The notes under the pieces: generated by a model
What the model was told of the DNA's origin: nothing
What the model saw: only the letters and a program-made list of their open reading frames with translations
Databases searched by the model: none
Part shown: piece after piece, positions 16,583 through 22,930 of the stretch
Layout: each line of letters starts with the position of its first letter
Position numbering within the stretch: the stretch's first letter is position 1
Program-made: the position numbers and the translations under genes
Assembly (NCBI GenBank): GCA_022574815.1
Contig: JACZRH010000042.1
Span: 322 to 23,251, forward strand
Length of the DNA: 22,930 nucleotides
Source of the DNA: Planctomycetota bacterium
GTDB lineage: Bacteria; Planctomycetota; Phycisphaerae; UBA1845; Fen-1342
Reading direction: 5' to 3'

Positions 16583-18400
16583 TCAGTTGAGCCGCGCCAA
16601 ATCCACCCCCTTTTCCCGCGCCACCGCAACCGCCTCATCATACCCCGCATCCGCATGACGAATCACCCCCGTCGCCGGGTCGGCGGTCAGGACGCGCTGG
16701 AGGCGCCGGGCCGCGTCGTCCGTGCCGTCGGCGACGATGACCATGCCGGCGTGCAACGAGTAGCCGATGCCTACGCCGCCGCCGTGGTGGATGCTGACCC
16801 AGGTCGCGCCGCAGGCCGTGTTGGCCATCGCGTTCAGCATCGGCCAGTCGGCGATCGCGTCCGAGCCGTCCTTCATGGCCTCCGTCTCGCGGTTGGGGCT
16901 GGCGACCGAGCCGCAGTCGAGATGGTCGCGGCCGATGACGAGCGGGGCGCTGACCCTGCCCGTGCGGACCAACTCATTGAACACGAGGCCCATCTTCGCC
17001 CGCTGGCCGTACTTGAGCCAGCAGATGCGGCTCGGCAAGCCCTGAAACGCGACCTTCTCGCGAGCCAGGCGAATCCAGCGGCAAAGGTGCTCCTCCTCCG
17101 GAAACGTCGCCAGAACGGCGTCGTCGGTGGCGGCGATGTCGTCGGGATCGCCCGACAACGCGCACCAGCGGAACGGGCCGGAGCCTTCGCAAAAGAGCGG
17201 GCGGATGTATTCGGGCACGAAGCCGGCGATCCGGAACGGATCGAATTCAGAATTGCGAATCGCGAATAACGAAGTCTCCGGGTCGAACAGGCCACGTTCG
17301 ACCGCTTCCTTTGCGTGGCCGCGGAGGTTGTTGCCGTAGTCGAAGGTGACGGCGCCGCGGTTTTTGAGTTCGAGCATGGCCGCGATGTGCTCGCCCATCG
17401 TGCGATAGGACTGTCGCGTGTATTCGTCCGGATTCTGCTCGCGCAAGCGCAAAAGCTCCTGGTAGAGCTCATCCGTCCAGCGCGGCGCCGCACCGCGCGG
17501 ACTGAAGTCCGCGGCTCGCCCTCCTGCGTGGGTTTCGTGGATTCCATTGGGGACGTAGCCGTTGAGCGGGTCGTGGGCCGAGGTCTGATCGGTCAGCACG
17601 TCGGGCGTGATGCCGCGCGCGATCAGCGCCGCGAGCAGGTCGGCGGCGTTGCCGACCCAGCCGACCGAAAGCGGCCGGCCGGCGTCCTTCGCTTTCAAGA
17701 CCCATTCCAACGCCTCGTCGAGACTGTCGGTCATACGATCGAGGTACTGGGTCTTGAGCCGCCGTTCGATGCGCTGCCGATCCACGTCCGCCCCGAGAAA
17801 CACGCCTTCGTTGAAGGTCGCGGCCAACGGTTGCGCCCCGCCCATGCCGCCGAGCCCGCCGCTGACGACGAGCTTGCCCTTGAGGGTTGCGCTGGCGGGC
17901 GAGACGCCCGCCTCGCCGCCGAAGTGTTTGCGGGCACAGGCGGCGAAGGTCTCGTAGGTGCCTTGCAGGATGCCTTGCGTGCCGATGTAGATCCAACTGC
18001 CGGCGGTCATCTGGCCGTACATGGTCAGGCCGAGTTTTTCGAGCCGGTTGAACTCGTCCCAGGTGGCCCATTTCGGAACGAGCATGGCGTTGCTGATCAG
18101 CACGCGCGGTGCGTCGGGGTGGGTCTTGATGACGCCGACCGCCCGGCCGGACTGCACGAGCAGCGTCTCGTCGTTTTCGAGCCGCTTGAGCGCCGCGACG
18201 ATGCGGTCGAAGTCCGCCCACGAACGGGCCGCCTTGCCCCGCCCGCCGTAGACGATCAGCTCGTCGGGATTCTCGGCGACGTCGGGGTCGAGGTTGTTCA
18301 TGAGCATCCGCAGGGGGGCTTCGGTGAGCCAGGACTTGCAGGTGAGCTGCGTGCCGCGCGGGGCGCGGACGGTGCGGGATAGTTTTTGATCCACGACCAT
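16583..18400 (-). CDS. hutU: Urocanate hydratase (urocanase)
   Basis: 605 aa. N-terminus [51 protein letters not shown] and the internal [21 protein letters not shown] before the ATG at complement 18398-18400. Confidence 0.92.
   Translation of the reverse strand: MVVDQKLSRTVRAPRGTQLTCKSWLTEAPLRMLMNNLDPDVAENPDELIVYGGRGKAARSWADFDRIVAALKRLENDETLLVQSGRAVGVIKTHPDAPRVLISNAMLVPKWATWDEFNRLEKLGLTMYGQMTAGSWIYIGTQGILQGTYETFAACARKHFGGEAGVSPASATLKGKLVVSGGLGGMGGAQPLAATFNEGVFLGADVDRQRIERRLKTQYLDRMTDSLDEALEWVLKAKDAGRPLSVGWVGNAADLLAALIARGITPDVLTDQTSAHDPLNGYVPNGIHETHAGGRAADFSPRGAAPRWTDELYQELLRLREQNPDEYTRQSYRTMGEHIAAMLELKNRGAVTFDYGNNLRGHAKEAVERGLFDPETSLFAIRNSEFDPFRIAGFVPEYIRPLFCEGSGPFRWCALSGDPDDIAATDDAVLATFPEEEHLCRWIRLAREKVAFQGLPSRICWLKYGQRAKMGLVFNELVRTGRVSAPLVIGRDHLDCGSVASPNRETEAMKDGSDAIADWPMLNAMANTACGATWVSIHHGGGVGIGYSLHAGMVIVADGTDDAARRLQRVLTADPATGVIRHADAGYDEAVAVAREKGVDLARLN
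16597..16742. repeat. Resident copy of the ~145-bp hutU-tail direct repeat (partner at 15908-16052)
   Basis: Direct sequence comparison of the two segments. They bracket the brnTA cassette with a 689-bp period. Confidence 0.7.
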
Positions 18401-18467
18401 CTTAGAGTCCTCCGTGAGCTTCCGATCGCGATTATAACGGCTCTGGGAGCCTCAACGGGGCGATGAA

Positions 18468-18554
18468 TTATCAATTCTGATGAGTTTTGATAAAGAATGT
18501 TGACGGGCGCGTTATCGGGCGCTTATTATCAATTGTAAGATAGATTGATAAAGA
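18468..18554 (+). promoter_or_regulatory. AT-rich divergent promoter region with two copies of a palindromic operator-like element flanking a sigma-70-like promoter
   Basis: Copy 1 is ttatcaattctgatgagttttgataaaga (18468-18496). Copy 2 is ttatcaattgtaagatagattgataaaga (18526-18554). Each contains TTATCAA...TTGATAA inverted arms. TTGACG (18500-18505), an 18-nt spacer, then TATTAT (18524-18529) lies between and overlapping the copies, oriented toward the fic start at 18577. Confidence 0.4.
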
Positions 18555-18576
18555 TTGAGAGATTGCAGGTGCGCCC

Positions 18577-19935
18577 GTGAAGCTTCCGGAACGACCGCCC
18601 GACTGGCTTGAACTCGTACGAACATCGTCCGAACCGTTTCAGATCGTACGCGATCCGGAAGGGCGAAAGATTGTGCAACGCGCCAACGCCGAATACTGGC
18701 ACTGGGATCAGCTTCGCCGTCGGCCGAGCCCGAAGCGATGGAAACGCGAAATCGTTTGGGCTGCGGTCAAGCTTGCGCGCACAGCTCAAGTCCACGAGAT
18801 CGGCTTGCGCAGCACCGCCGGCGAGCCGTTTTGGTTCTGGCTGCCGCAACACGTCCTGGAGATCCTGCACGAGATCGATCTCGGGCTCGCCGGAACCATC
18901 GGCTTCAACCTGCCCGAGAGCGCGTCGCGCGATCGTCAACGCTACCTCGTGAATTCGCTGATGGAAGAGGCGATCGCCTCGAGCCAGATCGAGGGTGCGG
19001 CGACGACCCGAAAAGTCGCGAAGGAAATGCTCCGAAGCAAACGGCAGCCGCGCACGCACGGCGAGCGCATGATCGTGAACAATTATCGAACGATTCGCAT
19101 GTTGAGCGACTTGAAAGATCGCCCTTTGTCGGTCGATCTCATCACGGAGATGCAGCGCTCGATGACGGTCGGCACGCTCGATAACTCCGACGACGAGGGC
19201 CGGATTCGAACCGCCCGCGACCACGTGCGCGTCGTGGACGGGCGGGACGGCGAGGTGTTGCACAATCCGCCGAAGGCACGCGAACTGCCCGGACGGCTGG
19301 AATCGCTCTGCAAATTTGCGAATCACGAATCGGACACCGGATTTCTTCATCCGGTCGTGCGTGCGATTCTGGTGCATTTCTGGTTGGCGTACGATCATCC
19401 CTTCGTGGACGGCAACGGGCGGACCGCTCGGGCCCTGTTCTACTGGCTGATGCTGCGAAACGGGTATTGGATGTTCGAGTTCCTGCCGATCTCGCGGATC
19501 ATCAATCAGGCGCCGGTGAAGTACGGTCGGGCGTTCTTGTACGCGGAGAGTGATGAATCGGACGCCACGTATTTCATCATGTTTCACCTGCGCGCCATTC
19601 GTCAGGCGCTTCGCGACCTGCACGCCTATCTGGATCGACGTCAGGAGGAGATTCAAGAAGCGCGCCGTCTCGTGCGTGTCTTCCCGAACCTCAACCATCG
19701 GCAAGTCGCGGTCCTGCGCGAGGCTGTTTCCGATCCGCGCCGCGAGTTCACGATCGCAGCCCACCAAAGCGAATACTGCGTCAGCTACGGAACCGCCTAT
19801 GCGGACCTGACGGGGCTCGTCAAGCAAAGGATGATGGTACGGCGGCGGCTGCAAGGGCGACAATGGGTGTTCTTCGCCGATGATGACTTGGCGCGTCGTT
19901 TACGGGGACCGAAGCGGGCGAATCGAGTCCCCTAG
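18577..19935 (+). CDS. Fic-family protein (Fido domain, probable AMPylase/NMP-transferase) with a C-terminal winged-helix-like region
   Basis: 452 aa. Canonical Fic motif HPFVDGNGRTARAL. GTG start at 18577 per the ORF track. Confidence 0.85.
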   Translation: MKLPERPPDWLELVRTSSEPFQIVRDPEGRKIVQRANAEYWHWDQLRRRPSPKRWKREIVWAAVKLARTAQVHEIGLRSTAGEPFWFWLPQHVLEILHEIDLGLAGTIGFNLPESASRDRQRYLVNSLMEEAIASSQIEGAATTRKVAKEMLRSKRQPRTHGERMIVNNYRTIRMLSDLKDRPLSVDLITEMQRSMTVGTLDNSDDEGRIRTARDHVRVVDGRDGEVLHNPPKARELPGRLESLCKFANHESDTGFLHPVVRAILVHFWLAYDHPFVDGNGRTARALFYWLMLRNGYWMFEFLPISRIINQAPVKYGRAFLYAESDESDATYFIMFHLRAIRQALRDLHAYLDRRQEEIQEARRLVRVFPNLNHRQVAVLREAVSDPRREFTIAAHQSEYCVSYGTAYADLTGLVKQRMMVRRRLQGRQWVFFADDDLARRLRGPKRANRVP

Positions 19936-20274
19936 CTCGGCGGGAGCCTCGCCCGCTCGGGTCTGACTCAGTCGGCGAATGGCCGCCGCCCACAACGAGG
20001 CGGAAGAAGCCGCCGACCTCAAACCCGGCGATTGCGCCCGGGACCAGGCCACCGCTGGCGAAGCCGCGACCGGTCAAGCGGCCGGCGGAAGCGTCACACT
20101 CTTCGCGGGCCTTCGCGCCGAGGATTATCGCCCGAATCCCGAGCAAGATTCCGAAAGGCGGAATTGAGACGATGCCGCGGGCCGACGCCGCTACGACGAG
20201 AGCCCGCGCTCGGTCGGTCGGCCCGCGATTTTTTTTGTGGGGTCTGCGCTCGCGGCGCATCGGACGGGTAGTCA

Positions 20275-20853
20275 ATGACGACCCTGGAGAGCGAGCACGC
20301 CATGCACGTACAAGGGACCGCGGTTGCGGAGCCGGCGATGGACGTCGAACGCGTGTTTGAGCGGTGCGCCCAGGCGCTTTGTCGTTATTTCGCCGTCCGC
20401 ACCGGTGATGACGAGCACACGGTCGACGACCTGATGCAGCAGCTCTGGCTACAGGCTCGCCGCAAGGCCTACAGCGTGCGGCAGCCCAACGCCGAGGCGT
20501 GGCTGTGGCGCGTCGCACAGAATTTGCTGCGGGCACACTGGCGAAGCCGGGCGCGGCGGCCGCAACAGGTGCCGCTGGCCGACCCGCAACTCGCCGCGGA
20601 ACTGGCCCGACGCTTCGACACCGAAGAACTGCCCGCCGAAGTGCTGGCGCGCAAGGAGGTGCGCGATCAACTGTTGCTGGCGCTCACCGCGCTGCCCAGC
20701 GCCGAGCAGGAATTGCTGCTGGACCACTACTTCCACGGCCTCTCGCACGCCTCGTTGGCCGAGGAGCACGGCATCAGCGAACGCGCCGTCGAAGGGCGAC
20801 TCTATCGTGCCCGCAAACTGCTCCGCGAAAAGCTCAAGCACCTGGAAACGTAG
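20275..20853 (+). CDS. ECF sigma-70 family factor (third in the window)
   Basis: Region 2-like DDLMQQLWLQARRK...AWLWRVAQNLLRAHWR and region 4 HTH EQELLLDHYFHGLSHASLAEEHGISERAVEGRLYRARKLLREKL. Start is uncertain (ATG 20275, or internal ATGs at ~20299/20338). Confidence 0.75.
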   Translation: MTTLESEHAMHVQGTAVAEPAMDVERVFERCAQALCRYFAVRTGDDEHTVDDLMQQLWLQARRKAYSVRQPNAEAWLWRVAQNLLRAHWRSRARRPQQVPLADPQLAAELARRFDTEELPAEVLARKEVRDQLLLALTALPSAEQELLLDHYFHGLSHASLAEEHGISERAVEGRLYRARKLLREKLKHLET

Positions 20854-20863
20854 GAGAACAACC

Positions 20864-22291
20864 ATGACCGATCGAAAGGACATGCACGACGCCTATCGCC
20901 ACCGCAACCTTCAGCGGATGGGACGCGAGCTGGCCCTTCCCGCCGAACCCGACGCGCAGCGCGAGGAACGCTGGAAGCTGCGCCGGCCTCCTGCCAGTCA
21001 GACAGGGCCGAGTCGAACTGTTCGTTTTGTACAACGCCACAAGCCCATGGCCTTGCTGACGGGCGGTGCCGCGGCGGCGGCCGTGACATTCGCGGTTTGG
21101 CTTGGCGTCGGCGGCTCGACACCCGTTTCGGCAGCGACGATTCTTCATCATTTCAAAACGGCGCTGACGGAGGCCGTCACGATCCGCATCGAGGGCGTCG
21201 ATCTGGGTAATGTCACTATCGACGGGGAAATCATTCTTGATCGTGCTACCGGCGAGCCGAACGAGAAAACGGACACCTTCTACTCCGAACTGCACGTCGT
21301 GCTCAAGGCGGATAACCCCGATTGGAACGACCTGGACGGCGCTATCGTCGTCTGTCAATCGCCGACGCAAGCGTGGGTATACTGCCGCGGCAACGGGGGA
21401 TCGGGCGGTGGATTGTTCGCGCCGCGCCGCGTTCGCCCGACGGAATACCTCGCCAAGGGAACGAACTGGCCCGAGTTTGTAAAGGATCCGCTCGGACACT
21501 TCGGTGCTATGCCGCTACAGCTTACTTTCTACTCATGGAACAGCCGGGTCAGGTATCGTTTCCTTGCTCCGCAGCGGGCCTACGTTCGGCAACTGCTGCA
21601 TTTCCTGCTCGACCTGAGCAGCGCCGAAACGGTCGAAGGGCTGATCGCCGAGTTGCAGGCGGCGGCGGGCCGGACCAGCGTCACGCGCGTGGACGAGACG
21701 ACATGGGTATTGCACGCATCGAACTTCGGGCGGATCGGCTCACTCGAGCCGCCTCAGCCGAAGATGCCGGACGTTGAGGCGCTGCTGAAAGATGTTGTAT
21801 GGGAATTGAACTACGACGTGCATTCCAGGAGTATCGTGGGATGGAGCACGACCGGAGGAGGAACAGCCGAATTGAGCGAGCTCGGCATCGGCGTGGACCA
21901 AGTCAAGTTGTCGGAGTTGGATCTGCCGACGGAGTCGGCGGATGCCCTGATCAAGTATTTTGAGGACACGGCCCGTAAGGTGGAGGTCGACCGGTCTTCC
22001 TGGTTGGGCCGCTGGAAGATCCGCGTGACGGGCTATCCGCTTCCGCTGGAAACCAGCGGCAGGGACTGGGCCGTGGAGATCATGCCGAAACTGATGCGCG
22101 GCATGGAATTGTCCGTGTACTTCGACGCCGAGGCCGGGACGGTCCGCCGCGCGGAGTTTCGCAACATCGCCTCGCCGGGCAGCCGAATCACACTCGAGCT
22201 GGGCCAGGTAAAGCTCGACCCGGCCCGTCTCGAACCGGACCGCTGGGTCACGGAGTACACGACCATTTATGAGTCGAGCAAAAACCCCTGA
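20864..22291 (+). CDS. Sigma-coupled single-pass membrane protein of unknown function (candidate non-canonical anti-sigma or sensor)
   Basis: The track ORF starts at 20807. The preferred ATG is 20864, 6 nt after a GGAGAACA SD and 10 nt after the sigma stop. About 60 aa cytoplasmic N-terminus (MTDRKDMHDAYRHRNLQRMGRELALP...). TM helix LLTGGAAAAAVTFAVWLGVGG. About 390 aa extracytoplasmic domain with no motif recognised here. Confidence 0.55.
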   Translation: MTDRKDMHDAYRHRNLQRMGRELALPAEPDAQREERWKLRRPPASQTGPSRTVRFVQRHKPMALLTGGAAAAAVTFAVWLGVGGSTPVSAATILHHFKTALTEAVTIRIEGVDLGNVTIDGEIILDRATGEPNEKTDTFYSELHVVLKADNPDWNDLDGAIVVCQSPTQAWVYCRGNGGSGGGLFAPRRVRPTEYLAKGTNWPEFVKDPLGHFGAMPLQLTFYSWNSRVRYRFLAPQRAYVRQLLHFLLDLSSAETVEGLIAELQAAAGRTSVTRVDETTWVLHASNFGRIGSLEPPQPKMPDVEALLKDVVWELNYDVHSRSIVGWSTTGGGTAELSELGIGVDQVKLSELDLPTESADALIKYFEDTARKVEVDRSSWLGRWKIRVTGYPLPLETSGRDWAVEIMPKLMRGMELSVYFDAEAGTVRRAEFRNIASPGSRITLELGQVKLDPARLEPDRWVTEYTTIYESSKNP

Positions 22292-22335
22292 GACATGGGC
22301 GTCGAGCGCAGCCCAACAAGAATAGGAGGCCAGGC

Positions 22336-22930
22336 ATGATGAGCCATCTGCTTTCCGTCGCTGTCGCGCTGTTTGCATTCGCCCAGGATCCTGTCACCGA
22401 TCAGACGGGCGACTCGAGGGCCTGGAAGGAAGTCCAACGCCTCGAATTTGCACCCACGACGACATTCTCGAGCACGTCCTTCTCGGTCGGTGGAATCGTG
22501 ATCTGTCCGCTCGCGCAGGACAATCTTGGCGTGTTTCTGGCTTACGCCGTCGAAACGGTGCCCGAATCCGAGAACCTCCGTGTTGCGTTTATCGACAAAG
22601 ACGGCAAACGCCACGCGGCTTTTTCCCATGGTTACGGCGCCGGCGGACCAGATGGTAAACACATTCGGGCACACCTTTTCGTCACGCCGCAATCCTGCCC
22701 GCGCGCCCATGTCCGCAAGATCATCTTCGATCAGTTCAAGACCGTCAGCGCCGAGGAATTACCGGAATTGCAAGAGCGGGAACGGGATCTACAAAAGTGG
22801 GAAGACGACTTGCAAGAGCGCGAAGAGCAGCGCCTCGTCGAGTATGCGAAGGTCTCGCCGCTGGGCATCCCGATCGTGGGCAAGCCCTATCCGTTCAAAC
22901 TGACCGATCTGAACGGCAACGAGGTCTCAA
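22336..22930 (+). CDS. Secreted protein, partial (runs off the window end), with the start of a TlpA/ResA-like thioredoxin-fold domain
   Basis: AGGAGG SD, then ATGATG. Signal-peptide-like MMSHLLSVAVALFAFAQDP. Coiled-coil ELPELQERERDLQKWEDDLQEREEQRL. The end IVGKPYPFKLTDLNGNEVS resembles the 'PxFxLxDLxGkxVsL' opening of TlpA-like thiol-disulfide oxidoreductases. No stop in window, so absent from the ORF track. Confidence 0.5.
   Translation, partial: MMSHLLSVAVALFAFAQDPVTDQTGDSRAWKEVQRLEFAPTTTFSSTSFSVGGIVICPLAQDNLGVFLAYAVETVPESENLRVAFIDKDGKRHAAFSHGYGAGGPDGKHIRAHLFVTPQSCPRAHVRKIIFDQFKTVSAEELPELQERERDLQKWEDDLQEREEQRLVEYAKVSPLGIPIVGKPYPFKLTDLNGNEVS

Noticed and set aside
16255-16656. 133-aa version of the brnT-like ORF from the track
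   Set aside because: The N-terminal 39 aa ([18 protein letters not shown]…) run into the hutU 3' end and are Arg/Trp-rich junk. The internal ATG at 16539 gives a canonical 94-aa BrnT-sized protein.
17315-18382. 355-aa plus-strand ORF, and the 16873-17547 and 17469-18221 minus ORFs
   Set aside because: All overlap the clearly identifiable hutU reading frame. Spurious alternative frames.
19820-20536. 238-aa minus-strand ORF overlapping the third sigma gene start and the fic 3' end
   Set aside because: Arg-rich, with no SD. It overlaps two supported genes, so it was judged non-coding. Only its Gly-rich middle part was noted as ambiguous in the findings.

Overview
The window is very GC-rich (most coding regions about 65-70% GC). 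Gene content and composition suggest a Planctomycetota-like chromosome; this is inferred from the sequence, not tested.

From start to end the window contains:
- the 5' two-thirds of glnS on the minus strand, truncated by the window edge
- an ECF sigma factor immediately followed by a large membrane Ser/Thr kinase with about 14 TPR repeats, and no anti-sigma gene
- a convergent lipoprotein with three PKD-like domains, a (PD)10 linker encoded by a hexanucleotide microsatellite, and an FG-GAP beta-propeller
- a nitroreductase
- an NfeD-like plus flotillin (SPFH) operon
- an ECF sigma and anti-sigma pair with a 4-bp overlap
- an AlkZ/YcaQ-like winged-helix protein
- a compositionally distinct island of roughly 50% GC carrying an ABC-type ATPase (AAA_21-like) overlapping a standalone TOPRIM (DUF4276/RloB-like) gene
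- a displaced, diverged copy of the hutU 3' end
- a BrnT/BrnA-like toxin-antitoxin cassette, with the toxin gene first
- an intact hutU (urocanase)
- an AT-rich, operator-bearing promoter region driving a Fic (HPFxDGNGR) protein
- a third ECF sigma followed by a single-pass membrane protein of unknown fold
- the start of a secreted thioredoxin-like protein that runs off the window end

No rRNA, tRNA or CRISPR arrays were seen. The strongest candidate for a system worth follow-up is the horizontally acquired ATPase plus TOPRIM module, which has an OLD-split, PARIS-like or AbiL-like architecture. It sits in a small island together with a toxin-antitoxin cassette and a Fic gene, next to a duplicated hutU tail that looks like an integration scar.
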